This document shows, one piece after another, positions 1 through 12,774 of a stretch of 64,000 nucleotides of DNA. Location: NCBI RefSeq assembly GCF_037042905.1, contig NC_087251.1, positions 37,016,001 through 37,080,000 on the forward strand, read 5' to 3'. The position numbers and the translations under genes were made by a program. The notes beneath the pieces were generated by a model, which worked only from the letters and a program-made list of their open reading frames with translations, searched no databases and was not told the DNA's origin. The number at the start of each line of letters is the position of its first letter. The stretch's first letter is position 1. The DNA comes from Lytechinus pictus (Eukaryota).

Positions 1-217
1 ATAAGTACTAAAGTAATGAGGGAGTTGTACGTGTGTGACATCACAGATCTTGGTCGCATTGCCAATGGGAGGATCTACATGGCATTAGTGATCTCAATAT
101 TCAAATGTCCATAACTTTCTTATTATTCAATCAATCTTCCTCAAACTTTAAACAATATGTTTCTTTGATTTTTCTCTTTGATATGGATTCAGCTGGTTTC
201 AAGGGTTTCATTCTCCT
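1..217. mobile_element. Right part of a Kolobok-like non-autonomous DNA transposon (full copy at 49882-50463)
   Basis: Near-identical to 50249-50463; ends GTTTCATTCTCCT followed by TTAA (218-221). Confidence 0.7.
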
Positions 218-1399
218 TTAATCAATACTTCTACAGGAAGTATAACAGGAAATCATATGTCATTGTTTACAACAATGATTCGGAAAATCAATGTCATGAA
301 AGGGAAAAAAATATTCAAATTCACTATCAATATATTACCTTGAAAAATCAATTTCATCAATTCAACAATCTAATTTAATTAATTTATCCAACTAGTACAT
401 GTATATCAACATACCTCTTTGGTCTTGCATGTTCTACATTTCGGTTTGGCAATGGGCTGCATTGGAATATAAGCCTGGAAATTAGAGAGAAGTTCAACAA
501 AATCAACATATTAAATCCTGGATGAACACGAATCTCACCACAAAAGAACAGGAACTCTATGTGATTGTGCACATAATCTCTAGGATTATAACCATACTTC
601 CTAGGCTTAACATGCAAATCTTAAGCAGTTCCTACATACATGTACATGTACTAGAGATGTACAGAGATGTAGCTTTGAGCTATTGAATGTAACAAACATT
701 TATGCATCTACTCTTATCATTCATATATATGCACAAAGACATCTAGATAACTGCAATAACACATACAGAGCCATACAGAAATAAAAAGAGGATCAGTAAT
801 AAACGTGATAATCCTAATAATATTCTGCTTTTATTTAGCGCTTTGATATATTGGAACAAAGTCTCTAGTGCTTTTTAAATATATCAACCTGGTAATCAGA
901 GTTTTGCTTCCCTGCAAACATGCATGTTGAAAAGAAGTTTATAAACAAATTTGATATTTCTGCACTCCATGGGGAGCATTCCACCAAGAAGTTTCCGAAC
1001 TCAATTGCTTGGTATTCAACATTGGCATACTAAAATATTGTGTTTTAATATCAGAAAATATTGTGTCTCTATCAGGAAATTCCTTTAATGCTTTATAAGC
1101 ACCTATATGGCAGCACATCTATTCCGATTGTTCCAATTGATGTACTTCAAATTTGACTATGTATTGTTTGATTTTGTTGTGCTTTGTAAACGGAAAATGA
1201 ATAAATCTAAATCTAAATCTAAATTTAAAAAAGCCGGGTAGCAGCGATTGGTATCCTCAGGCAAAAAGAGCTTAATAAATAAATCCAGCTATTATTATTA
1301 TCAAATTGCAGGATCTCAGACAGTAGACTATATTTCATAACTTAGCTTTATAACTTGCAAGGTATTGAAACAGAGCCCTGGTCACATTGTGATACATAC

Positions 1400-1493
1400 C
1401 CGAGGTTGGGCGGGACTCCTCTGCTGTGCCTCATAATACTCTTTCCGAGGGTCAACCCACTGGGTTTTCTTAGTCATATGGTTGATGTAGAAA
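1400..1493 (-). CDS. WW-domain protein, coding exon 2: (Y)FYINHMTKKTQWVDPRKEYYEAQQRSPAQPR; gene continues leftwards
   Basis: Minus strand has a tttcatttctccatAG acceptor and a CGG|GTATGT donor. Its 94 nt (1+31 codons) match the phase of exon 1. It encodes the second half of a WW domain (FY.NH....TQW.DPR). Confidence 0.88.
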
Positions 1494-2619
1494 CTATGGA
1501 GAAATGAAAAAAAAACAGTAATTCTATGAAATGTAGGAGTATGACTGCGTCCCCTACCAGAGACTTAAAACCTTAAAAAAGGCTATATTAACAGGTTCAT
1601 TGACTAATTCAAAACATTTTCAAATCTAGAAAAAACATGCAAGCTTCAGTCCCTGTACTAATGGGTGTTCTGCTTAATTATGATGCCAACATTGTAAATT
1701 TACCTTGTACATAGACTGAACAGATGGATGCCCATGCATAATGTAGAGACAGCATTGAAAAAAAAAGGGAAGATCATGACGCTCTAGACCGAGTGATCTT
1801 CCCAGTATTTAGCAAATCAGACATTAGCAAAAATGGCTCCATTATACGGCAAATATTATAATACTTCAAATATTCCTTGGACCACTGCTTGCAAAACATT
1901 CTTCAAGAACATTGATAATCCTTCACTCTTCACTCAAAATTGATGGTAGCCCCTAAGGGGCAATCTTGAATGACATCATCTTTCTACTAGACGTCTTTAT
2001 GAGTCACAGTATACATGTACTTGTGGATTGACTTCATATCACTTGTCTTTGTGTGAATGCATTCTGTAACAGGGGTAGCATATTTTTATCTGTATTTAAC
2101 AGTGCAATTATTTCAATTTTTTTCACATCCCTTTCTTTACTTTGCCCACTTTCTGTCTCTATTTCTCTATCCAGTTGACTTCTTTCTTTTCGCTTAAAAA
2201 CATAGTCTCTTCCATCCTTTCTCTTCATTTCGCTTCAGCTGTACATCATTCCTACCACTTTTCATTTTTTGCCTGTATGAGTAATTATTTGCCCATTCCT
2301 TATGTTGTATTGCATTACATGTTTATTTATATTCCTTCAATGTTTAAATACTTTCCAATTTATACATCTCTAGTGTTTATTTAAATACTTTATATTCTTA
2401 TTGTATGTAATGCCAGTGTAGGACAAATTTCTATGTATTTAATATGGGCCAATAATCGAGTCTCTTCAACAGCTTTAATTGCACTGCACTGGTTGAACAT
2501 CTAGCGTCGGTCAGAAAAGCGGCACCTACCGGTATGTCCTGCTTTGACAGCTACTTGTAGCGCGCTGCTACTGGAACTAACATTAGCTATGGTAGGTGAA
2601 ACAGAAATGATGAGGCACC

Positions 2620-2803
2620 TGGGGGCCATTTCAAAGCTGTTCGTAAGTTGAGAGCGATTTTAAGAATTACTGGTGATCCTTTCTTACGCGCTAAACCATC
2701 GCCAATGAACATTTTGGTATATACCATTTACCACAAGAAATGATCACCAGTTGTTCTTAAAGTCGCACTTAACTTACAAACAACTTTATGAAACACCCAC
2801 CTG
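2620..2803. mobile_element. Palindromic MITE (~180 bp)
   Basis: Imperfect inverted arms (gttcgtaagtt..ttaagaa..actggtgatc / gatcaccagt..ttcttaa..aacttacaaac). Confidence 0.55.
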
Positions 2804-3601
2804 GTTGGTGCCCTGGCCTAGTTATAAATTCCATTCCATCCCAGGCTACAATTACCAATAACTAATGCAGAAGCAAATGGCTGCTGCATCTTCAAGGTTG
2901 CAGATCACATGCGGTGCAGTGCGGCGCAATTTATTGGCTCTCCTGTGGATTGTCATTGACTTTTAAACGCGTGCACAATGCGCTATGTCAAACAGAGGGT
3001 GGGGGCTGTCGAATGCCGGGTGCAAAAGATGGCGATATATTTCAAGATTTTATAAAATATTGAGAATGAGATAGAACAAGAAAATATACATTGCAATTAC
3101 AAATGAACAAATATCTATTCTCAACATTGTCATTGATGCAAATTTCATTTTGTAAAAAGACATTTTAGATAAGAAATATTGCGAAAAGGTGAACATGTGA
3201 AATTCTGGGCAGCTAGGGGCCTAGCCCTAGGCCTACATAGATCTTCAAAAAAAAAGACGAACAAACAAACAAACTAACCTTTAAGCATGACAAATGTTTA
3301 CTATCATCTAAATTACTCATTCATTACATTCTTTCTGTACTGAACTGGGATAGAGATATATGCACTTCGAGCTCTAGTCGAGGGACTTGACAAAACTTGA
3401 ATAGACTCAAAATTTGTGTACTACTTGTACTTAGCAATGGGTAAGCCCGGCGATTCAGCTAGTGTGCAAATTGAATACCCAATCACAGAAACATGAGATC
3501 CCTGTGAGATATGCCTTGCATAAAACTCGCACGCACCGGCAATATTACTCCCCCTGTACTGTTCGAGCTGACTAAGTTACATGTAGATCTACGGTACTCA
3601 C

Positions 3602-3693
3602 TATCTCCCAATATTTGGTTCATATTTTGCTTCCCATCCCTGAGGAAAGGGCATTGAAGTCCAAGGAGCTGCACTGCCTGTTAAAGTCGTCAT
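3602..3693 (-). CDS. WW-domain protein, coding exon 1: MTTLTGSAAPWTSMPFPQGWEAKYEPNIGR(Y)
   Basis: ATG at 3693 (context GAAAATG), 30 codons + TA, donor GTGAGT. Joined to 1493..1400 it gives the complete WW domain FPQGWEAKYEPNIGRYFYINHMTKKTQWVDPR. The orthologue cannot be identified from this fragment. Confidence 0.88.
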
Positions 3694-3790
3694 TTTCGTT
3701 TCGTTTACACTAAATATTTGGTTTCGAATGGACTCAGCGGATTCGCCTGACTAGACTTCGCCCAAGTCAATCACAGAAGTAAACAGACGA

Positions 3791-3810
3791 GCGCAGGCGC
3801 GCGCATGCGT
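3791..3810. promoter_or_regulatory. Tandem NRF1/P3A2-type motifs about 100 bp upstream of the WW gene ATG
   Basis: GCGCAGGCGC followed directly by GCGCATGCGT (consensus GCGCANGCGC), in a short CpG-rich patch. Confidence 0.45.
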
Positions 3811-6195
3811 ATGCACGTACATGTTGATCTAATATTTGAGCTAAAAATAGCGATGATGAGATGGGGCCTATACATAGAGATGTATACTATCTCTATGGGC
3901 CTATACAACTGTAAGTCGGGTAAAAACGGGGTAACCATCATACTTGATTTTTTTTTACTTTAATGATATATCTACTGCATCATGAAAATATAATGAGTCA
4001 TTCATGATTTTCATAATTCCAACGAATTTTAAATAGCGGCATCCTTTTGGTACTTGAAACTTACAAGTCAGCTCGGCCCCTTAGAGACCCCTCATAGCAC
4101 CGTTGGAGAGGAAGTAATGCGTCAAGTTACAAATTTATCTTATCAATTTCATATCCAAACATAAATGATTGCAATCAAAGAAAATTAAAACTTTTCATTT
4201 TCCTTTTCATACAAACAAATTGACGCTTGTCACCATCTTCTCCTCTCCTGTGTCACTAGCCGAATTCAACCTTCATATTTTATGAAATATTTCCACTATT
4301 AGGAAGTTAATATTGAGGTCTGTGATGTCCCTTTCATTTCCACAACAATTAAAAGAATGTTCATCTTCATCCTCACTTGCTTGCTTTAACACTTCTATAT
4401 ACCTTTCTTCATTGTCAGTTCGTTACTACTTTCCTTTTATTGTTTTTCTACATTATTTTAGATAACTGAAATCAACTTTTTGAAGGCTTCCTCACTACGC
4501 CCGTTTGCAATGTCAGATTTAATTATACAATACCCCGTTCTCATGACCGCCCTAAAACTAGTTACTAGTATACTGGAAACTGACACCGTTCTCACTACCG
4601 TAACTAGTTTACTGGAAACTAGTTTAGTGGAAACTAAGGGTGTTTTTTCACTCTCTCATAATATACTTACACACTTTGAAAGGCTTGACACAAGCAATCT
4701 TCCAACTCTACCTTTGCTTGCTCGCTTCACTCACTCGAGAGTGATCTAGATCCAGGGTATTTGTAAGGACGTGCTACAATAAGTTTTGATTTGTTTTTTT
4801 ATGGCGCAACTAATGGATATAAGCCTACTAGTTTTTTTTATAGCTATCCCAATTACGTCATTGAATTTTACGGCTATCCGTCATATATTGTTTCAATTTA
4901 CGACCGAGGGACCACGAGACCGGCCGAGGGTCCACGAGGCTACGGTTTCAAAAGGCCCAATTTTGTCAAAGTCAATGGTATCGGCTTTCCGGCCGCCTAG
5001 ACCAGGGGTTCTCAAACTACGGCCCGCGGGCCTGATCCGGCCCACGGAGCTTCTCAATCCGGCCTGCGAGACTATCTGGGTTTTTAATCACTTTTAAGTC
5101 ACACTATGAAACATAGCTTAATATGATTACATTGTGTATCCATGTAGACATAACCGTATAATGGCAGTCAAATAAAAAGTTTAGTGGAGTCTTTTCTGTC
5201 TGTTCGATCTACTTTCTTATTAGTTGACCAGCGCTGTTCTTACCTGTTCTTACCATGTTTGGATCTATATACAGGTGCGAAAGTGCATTTTCCACAATGA
5301 ACATTATAAAGAACTAACTCATACTGAAGTACCTTGACAGGCTAGGGCCGCGGAACGGTTTTCAAAGTGGGGGAGGGGGGATTGGCCATGCAAAAAAATC
5401 ACAATCATATGGTCATTTTTACGTTTTTGTACATGGTTTTGGAAAAAAGTGGAGGGCTGCCCCCCCCCCCCCGCCCCTGCTTGACAAGTGAACATTTGCA
5501 CCAGTGCCTTCGTCTGGCAATTACACCTTTTGTGCCAAGGTTCAAGCAAATTGTTGCTGACAGACTGTCACTTTCCACATATTGAAAGTGACTAGGAGAC
5601 TATCCTTGTTAGAGTCTACAACATACATGCTCTATTATTCATTTTACTTTGACTACAAAAAAATATTGATACTTCAAGACATTATCTGTTACCCCAATAC
5701 CAGGTATGTATAGATACAATCTAGATTCCTTTTAACAAAGTACCACAATTTTGTAATCATTTATATTGAATCTCGCTGTATTTTGAAATCTTTTCTAATT
5801 TTACCTGCGTTCCATATGAAACTGTTATAAATTTGTTGGATTAAATGCTCCCAAAATAAGGGCCAGATTGCACAAGAGAGCATCTAGGACCCCGACCGCA
5901 AGGGTTTTTGCGCTTCGCGCACATTCTTTTCTAAGTATCCACTTCACCCTGGCCCTTTCAGGTTTACAAGGAGTCTCATCTGTCCCTTCAAAGAAAATGT
6001 TTAAGAACCCCTGGCCTAGACTTTTTGTCTTTATATAGGTTGAAATAAACATTAGACTTCTAAATAATTGGGAGTTGCAAGAAGATATTTGTAATCAGTT
6101 GCAATTTTTGTTGCAATCTTACAACTGAAGTATCAATTTTAGCTGATGATGAAGATTCACAGCATTTATATCGTGCCATATTTCTGTTAAAACAT

Positions 6196-6350
6196 TCACA
6201 GGCGCAGGCTCATACACATCTGCTGAAATAAGTGAGTTTTGAGAGATGATTTGAAGAGTTCAAAGTTGTCCATTTCACGAAAAGAAAAAGGTAGGGAGTT
6301 CCAGAGGCGTGGAGCAATCGATGAAAAGGCACGGTCTCCAACACATCCCT
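6196..6350 (-). mobile_element. 3' end fragment of an L2/CR1-type LINE
   Basis: Translates GDRAFSSIAPRLWNSLP...FKSSLKTHLF, the typical C-terminus of L2/CR1-like ORF2. Confidence 0.7.
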
Positions 6351-6355
6351 TTAAG

Positions 6356-6684
6356 CAGTGGCGGATCCAGGGGGGGGGGGGGGCACACATCCAGCCCATG
6401 CCCCCCCCCCTTTGATAGTCATAATTAAAATTTTTAATGTAAATATGCCCGTTCTTACATAAGTGTGACCCCCCCCCCCCCTGTTGAAAGTCACAGCATC
6501 TATTTCTAATTCAAATATGTCGTTCACTGACACAAGTGAGGACCTTTTTATTGGGGGGGGGGGGGCTTGTCAAATTTTACGTGGACGAAATGACCTTCAA
6601 TTGTAGATGATTTTTTTTTGCTTGTCAAATTTTCCTCGGGAAAAAGTGCCCCCCCCCCCTTGGAAAATCCTGGATCCGCCCCAA
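6356..6684. mobile_element. hAT-like MITE
   Basis: TIR CAGTGGCGGATCCAGG / CCTGGATCCGCCCCAA; flanks CCTTTAAG and CCTTTAGG resemble an 8-bp TSD. Confidence 0.6.
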
Positions 6685-9203
6685 CCTTTAGGTGTGTGAT
6701 GGGTACATGAAGAGTAGAGTGACATCAGTACCACATGAGCGCAAGCCGGGACGTAGACGGCGTTATTCTTATAATAGTCCAGGATAGAAGGGGTCGAACC
6801 TTGTTTTTTATATATATACAATGTTTTTTTATGGTTTCTTGTCAATTCGAGGGTGCTGATTCCGAATCTGAATGATGCCACTCGTGTAACCTTGAGCATT
6901 TTCTGCAAATTGGCAAAATCCAATATGGCCGCCAAAATATTCAAATTACCCATGAAAATCATAAAATTGTCCACACATTGGCTTTAAAGTACATGCAATT
7001 GTGCTGCCGGAGTGAAATAATATCTGAAAAAAATGATTTTTGTCAAAATATTTATTTTCTTGATATCAAAATGGCCGCCATCATAGACCCCTGTACAATA
7101 TGAATGGGGAAAATTAATTTTTACAAAATTGAGCACTGAAATGCAAGTAATTATGATCTATGAGTGAAGCAATGTCTGTAAACATGATTGCTAACGATAT
7201 ATATCATTTGTTATGTCAGTTATGTGATAAATCCTGTATTTTGATATTCAAAATGGCCTTCAAAAGCCCTAACACTATTATGTACAATGTGAATGGTGAC
7301 ACAAAAAAATCACAAGAGTGAGCACTAAAATGCATTTTGTTGAGATAAACGAGTGGAATACTGACTAAAAACATTTTTGTTAACGAAATTTATTATTTAA
7401 CATGCCATGTATGTGATAAACCCTGTATTTTGATATTTAATATGACCGCCAAAGGCCCTAAAATTATGATCTACGATGTGAGAGAGGACAAAAACAATCA
7501 CAAGGTGAGCACTAAAACGTATTTTTTGTGGTAAATTAGTGGAATACTGTCTTCAAATATAATTTGCAACGAAATATATTATTCGGGTTTCATATTTGTG
7601 TTAAATATTGTATTTTGACTTTCAAAATGGCCGCCAAAAGACGTTGACTGTATTATGTACAATCGATCTGGGAAACCAATTTTCACATGAGTCAGCACCA
7701 TAACATGCATATAATTGTGATTTAAGAATAAAATATTGTCTGAAAACATAATTCCTAACAAGATATATCATTCATTCTGCCAGGTAGGTGATAAATAATG
7801 TATTTTGAAAGTCAAAATGGCCGCTACAGGCCCTAACAGTAGGCCTATTATGTACTTTGTGAATGGGAACATATAATTTTAACAGAATTTGGCTTTGCTT
7901 GACTAAATGGTGTTGCATGTATGAGTGAAATATCGTCTGAAAATATGATTTTGTAACCAAATAGATAATTTCTTATGTTATTTAGGTGATAAATGCTATA
8001 TTTAAATTTCAAAATGGCTGCAATATGTTTCTTTGTGGAAATTATCTTTCCCCATTCAAATTTTACATATTAAGATAAGGGACTATGGCGGCCATTTTTC
8101 ATTTTTAAAAGGCTGCATTCATCACCTTTATGACACAAGCTATGATATATTTCGTTAGAAATCATTGGGTTTAGACAATACTTAACACTTACATCAAAAT
8201 TAAGCCATTTTCATAGTAAAAATTTTGTCAAAATTATCTGTCCCCAGTTACAATGTACATACTACTTTGGGCTATGGCAGCAATTTTGAATTTCAAAGTA
8301 TAAAGGCCTTTATTACCTTCTCAACCATTATGTGATGTATTTAGTCAGAAATCATGTTCAAGACCAAATTTTACCTATACATCACATAGTTACGTGCGTT
8401 TTTGGTTCTCATTCTGGTGATGATTAGTTTCCCTATACGCATGTTACAGAATTTGTAGGGGCTTGTGCGGCCGTTTTGAAAGTCAAAATACAGTATTTAT
8501 CACCTATGGGAGAGGAAATGTTATATTTCATTAAAAAAATCACGTTTTCAAACAATATTTTCCTTATACAACATAATTATATGGATTTCATAGTCAGGCA
8601 AATCCTAATTCTTTCAAAAGTATTTGTCCCCATTTACATTGTAGATAATACTGTAAGGGCCCATAGGGGCCATTTTGAATTTTACAATAGAGCATTTATC
8701 TCATGCATGAAAAATGAAATGATATGTTTCGCCAGAAATCATGTGTTTAGACAATATTTCACTCGTATAGATTACAATTACATTCATTTTATTGTTTTTA
8801 CTCTTGTGAAAATTAGTTTCTTCATTCGCTTTGTTCATAATACAGATAGGGCCTATGGCAGCCATTTTGAATGTCAACATGCAGCATAATTACCGAAATT
8901 GCAAGGGAAATGATATGTTTCGTTAGAAATCCTTGTTGTCAGACAGTGTTACACCAATATTTCGCAGTTATTGGCATTTTAAAGTCAAACAAATTCAAAG
9001 GTTGTGAAAATTATTTGTCCCCTTTTATATATTGTACACAGTATAAGGGGTCTATGTCAGCCATTTTGAATATCATAATACAGCATTTATCACATTAGAT
9101 AGTATACAAATGACATAGTTTTGTTAATAGCAAAAAGAAGCTGCTGAAAACTGCTTATCTAATAAAAGAGAGCCAATGGAGTAAATTATAAAGTCAAAAA
9201 GGG

Positions 9204-9242
9204 GCCTAAGCTTTCGATCCTAGCAGAATCTTCGTCGGAGGC
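9204..9242 (-). ncRNA. Minimal type I hammerhead ribozyme-like motif in the Penelope 3' region (element sense)
   Basis: Reads GCCU-CCGACGA-A-GAUUCU(GCU)AGGAUC-GAAA-GC-UU-AGGC: stem I GCCU/AGGC, a CUGANGA variant, 6-bp stem II, GAAA, and a palindromic AGCU at stem III. Confidence 0.65.
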
Positions 9243-10159
9243 AAAATGACAAACATATAAAGTGGAACAACCATAATATAGACCACAAACAAGCTACAGC
9301 AACACTAGAAACAAGGAGACAAAAGGGGCATTAGTGAGTAGAGAAGACCAATCAGGTTAGTGAAGGGGATGAAAGAAAAGGAGTAGGCAGACACAAAGGG
9401 AAGTTAGTGTAAGTAAGGCCAAGAGGGATTACGATAATGAGGCAGGCAACATCAAACAGGATCTGGAACAAAACAGTGATGGAGGGATGAATAACTAGAG
9501 AATTAGTGAGAGGTGGGTCAAACAGGTTACAAAGAAAGGCTTAATAAACTGGTGCATAAGAGTGGGGGGAAAAAATAAGAAAAAGAATGGGGAACAACTG
9601 ATAATGTGCAAAAGACATATAAGTATATATGATAAAGCATTAAACAAACTAAGAGAAGAAGGTAAGTGTAAATATGTATCTATAAGTGATATGTATATAA
9701 ATATATCCAAAAAAGAAATGTATATGAAAAAATATATAAATATATACACATATGGTGTAACTGATATGGTAATCCGCTAGGTGTGACGGGAAAAAACATA
9801 AGACTATATAGTAGGAAAGAAAAAAAATTCTGTATACATGTATGTGAAAAAGAGGAAGCAAATTGCCTAAAAAGGTAAAAGCAAATATAGAAGAGAGGGG
9901 GTGTATTATGAAGAAACCATAGTATACATGTAAATAAGCAAATGTGGTAAATCTAAAAGAGGTGAGTGGAGAAAAAACAAATATATATATATATATATAA
10001 TAATTATTATATCGCCTGAATAAGGAAGGAAAAATTGGAGCTGAGCTTGTATGAGATATGGGAGGAAAGTAGAGTAAGAAACTATAATGTAACTATTCAA
10101 AAGAGCTGAGGGGAAAAATTATATGTATATATAAATTGAAAGTGGATAGGAAAGAAAAA

Positions 10160-12115
10160 TCAGTCGTTCCCCTCTTGGATGTTCAGGCCATGAGGTTGGG
10201 TGGTGCGAAGTCGTCTCATCCAGAGCTTCTCCCTGCTAGTACGGACTGAGTCAGGACGGGTACCTAAAGATTCGATGCCCTGTAGCATCATGTCAGTGAT
10301 GGAGTGGTTGGGGAGGTTAAAATGGCGGCCAACTGGAGTGTCCAGCTTTGCTGTGTTGACGGTGGATCTGTGCCCGTAGAATCGTTTCTTGAGTGTGGTC
10401 TTGGTTTCCCCTATGTATTGTACCCTACAAACTCTGCAAGTGATGAGATATACAACATTAGTGGTAGTGCATGTGATATTGCCCTTGATTTGGTGAGACA
10501 GGCTGGTAGAGTTGCTGGTGAAAGTATCGCCCTCGTGAAGGTGTATTTCACATATGATGCACCTGTTGCTGGTGCATTTGAAGGTGCCATGCTGTATGGG
10601 AGAAGAATGGTTAGTGAGGGAGGGCACTTCAGCACGAACAATGAGGTCCCTGAGATTCGGTGGGCGTCGGTATGCTAGAAGGGGAGTATCGGGAACGGCC
10701 TGTTGGAGACGATCAGAAGTGTGTAAAATGTGGTGGTTATCAAACAGGATTTTGCGGAGAGGGGGTAGATTGGGATGGAAGGTGGTCACAAGCGGTATTC
10801 TGTCGGTGGTCTCCTTGTCACTTTTTGGTTTGAGAACTTCAGATCTGGGGAGAGAACGAACTTTGTTAATTGCCAGTTGGACTGCCCTGGCCCCGTGGCC
10901 CCTAGCACAGAGATGTTTCTGCAGATTCCTGGCATGGAAGGAAAAATCAGGGTCCTCGGAGCAGATACGGCGAAGTCTGAGGGCTTGACTGTAAGCGATG
11001 CCGGTTTTGCAGTGACGGGGGTGGCAGCTGGATGAGTGGAGGTACTGGTGGGTATCTGTGGGTTTAGAGTATAGGGTAGTGGTGATACCATTAGACTTTT
11101 TCTGGACTGTAACATCAAGGAAGTGGGTTTCCTGTTGGGAGAAATCAGAAGTGAATTGGATGGTCCTGTGGAAGGAATTGATGTGGTCAATGAATGTATG
11201 GAGGCTGTCTTCATCCCTGGTCCAGATGAAGAAAATGTCGTCTATGTAACGCCACCAAATCCATGGGCGACAGGGGGCTGAATCTAACATCTGCTGTTCC
11301 AGCTTCGTCATGAAGAGACAGGCGAATGAAGGAGCCATCCGGGTGCCCATTGCTGTACCGAATATCTGTAGGTAGTGCTTGCCCATGAATGTGAAGTTGT
11401 TTTTTGTTAGTACATGAGACATCAGAGATTTGATATCGGATATGGGGGGACTGGAATGGCCACTGGCGGCCAAGGCTTCACATGATGCTTGGATACCTTC
11501 GTCGTGGGGAATGCTGGTGTACAGTGAAGAAACATCGAAAGTGCCGATGATCGCAGTCTCGGGTATCTGGTCCTTGATGTCATTTAGTTTCCTGAGAAAG
11601 TCTGGAGTGTCGTGGATGTAAGAGGGTGCACGTGAGACAAGGGGCTTAATGTGGTAATCAACAAAAAGGGAGATGTTCTCTGTTGAGGATCCATTTCCTG
11701 AGAGGATGGGTCGACCGGGGTTGCCAGGTTTGTGGATCTTCGGGAGGAGATAGAAGCGGGCAGGTTTAGCATTAGTAGGGGAGAGAAATTTGTGGGCCTT
11801 CTCAGAGAGATACTCGCGTTCTTTCATGTCATTCAGTGTCGATTGGATCTGTAGGGAGAAATTACAAGTAGGGTCAGAATCGAGGAGTGCATAGTGAGAT
11901 CGATTATTGAGATGTTTCATGGCTTCATCGATGTACTGCTGGCGGTCCATAACAACGACGGCTGATCCTTTGTCTGCAGGCTTGATGATGATGTCGGACC
12001 TGTTTTTGAGTGATGAGAGAGCCTGGCGTTCTTCTCGAGGAAGGTTGTCATGTGCTCTGGTGTCGAGGGTATCTGTGGAGCGAACTTGGGATGAGACAGC
12101 TTGGATGTAAGCCTC
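10160..12115 (-). CDS. Penelope-like reverse transcriptase + GIY-YIG endonuclease (Neptune-like), 5'-truncated; first Met at 11950
   Basis: The frame is open from ~12115 and includes the IKPADKG motif. RT motifs FYLLPKIHK, FDVSSLYTSIP, GTAMG and RYIDD are present, then a Cys linker (CTSNRCIIC) and the GIY-YIG domain NVVYLITCRVCRVQYIGET...RFYGH...GLN. Confidence 0.93.
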   Translation of the reverse strand, partial: EAYIQAVSSQVRSTDTLDTRAHDNLPREERQALSSLKNRSDIIIKPADKGSAVVVMDRQQYIDEAMKHLNNRSHYALLDSDPTCNFSLQIQSTLNDMKEREYLSEKAHKFLSPTNAKPARFYLLPKIHKPGNPGRPILSGNGSSTENISLFVDYHIKPLVSRAPSYIHDTPDFLRKLNDIKDQIPETAIIGTFDVSSLYTSIPHDEGIQASCEALAASGHSSPPISDIKSLMSHVLTKNNFTFMGKHYLQIFGTAMGTRMAPSFACLFMTKLEQQMLDSAPCRPWIWWRYIDDIFFIWTRDEDSLHTFIDHINSFHRTIQFTSDFSQQETHFLDVTVQKKSNGITTTLYSKPTDTHQYLHSSSCHPRHCKTGIAYSQALRLRRICSEDPDFSFHARNLQKHLCARGHGARAVQLAINKVRSLPRSEVLKPKSDKETTDRIPLVTTFHPNLPPLRKILFDNHHILHTSDRLQQAVPDTPLLAYRRPPNLRDLIVRAEVPSLTNHSSPIQHGTFKCTSNRCIICEIHLHEGDTFTSNSTSLSHQIKGNITCTTTNVVYLITCRVCRVQYIGETKTTLKKRFYGHRSTVNTAKLDTPVGRHFNLPNHSITDMMLQGIESLGTRPDSVRTSREKLWMRRLRTTQPHGLNIQEGND

Positions 12116-12119
12116 TTTT

Positions 12120-12158
12120 GCCTCCGACGAAGATTCTGCTAGGATCGAAAGCTTAGGC
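12120..12158 (+). ncRNA. Second, inverted copy of the hammerhead-like motif
   Basis: Exact reverse complement of 9204-9242. Confidence 0.62.
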
Positions 12159-12774
12159 CCCTTTTTGACTTTATAGTTTTGTTAATAGTCATGTTTTCAG
12201 ACAGTAGTCCACTCGCAGGTCACAATCACATGCAATAATAGTGCTCTTGTTTGAAAAAATATTTTCCCCATTCATATTCTACATAATAAAGTATACAGGG
12301 GTTATGGCGGCCATTTTGAATATCAATAAAATAAATATTTTGTCAAATATCGCTTTTCCAATTGGTATTTCACTTCTGCACAACAACTACATGCATTTTA
12401 TAGCTAATGTGTTGGCAATTTTATGATTTTCATGGGTAATTTGCATATTTTGGCGGCCATATTGGATTTTGCCAATTTGCGGAAAATGCTCAAGGTTGCA
12501 AGAGTGGCATCATTCAGATTCGGAATCAGCACCCTCGAATTGACAAGAAACCATAAAAAAACATTGTATATCTAAAAAAACAAGGTTCGACCCCTTGTCT
12601 ATGGGGCCTATCCTGGACTATAAGTCACATAACCTAGAGCTAAACCATGGATAGCCTTGAAAGTCAGGAGAAGGATTTTGAATTCGATACTGTACAGGGG
12701 TGATGTGGCCATTATGTCGTTGTACCAGTATAAGCAGGCGAATGTTCTCAAGTTTCTTGCAATTCACCATTTAA

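Larger units (their letters stand above)
9131..12172 (-). mobile_element. Penelope-like retroelement, 5'-truncated, with a short inverted pLTR tail
   Basis: 16-bp TSD ATAGTTTTGTTAATAG (9115-9130 and 12173-12188). The empty site is visible in the second host copy near 23040. 9187-9246 is inverted at 12116-12175. Confidence 0.92.
6775..12620. mobile_element. Non-autonomous TIR DNA transposon (Academ-like), copy 1, interrupted by a Penelope-like element
   Basis: About 200-bp TIRs from TAGTCCAGGATAG to CTATCCTGGACTA, with a 3-bp TSD TAA. 6775-9130 plus 12189-12620 is near-identical to 20710-23487. TAG..CTA ends with a 3-bp TSD suggest Academ (inference). Confidence 0.8.

Noticed and set aside
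5003..5075. CAGGGGTTCTCAAACTACGGCCCGCGGGCC, a hAT/Charlie-like left end
   Set aside because: No matching right end or TSD could be located, so no element boundaries are called.
7579..9098. Short ORFs duplicated at 21504-23023
   Set aside because: They are identical only because the non-coding element is duplicated; no transposase motifs are present.
10304..12110. Several + strand and alternative-frame ORFs
   Set aside because: Shadows of the GC-richer Penelope RT/EN ORF.
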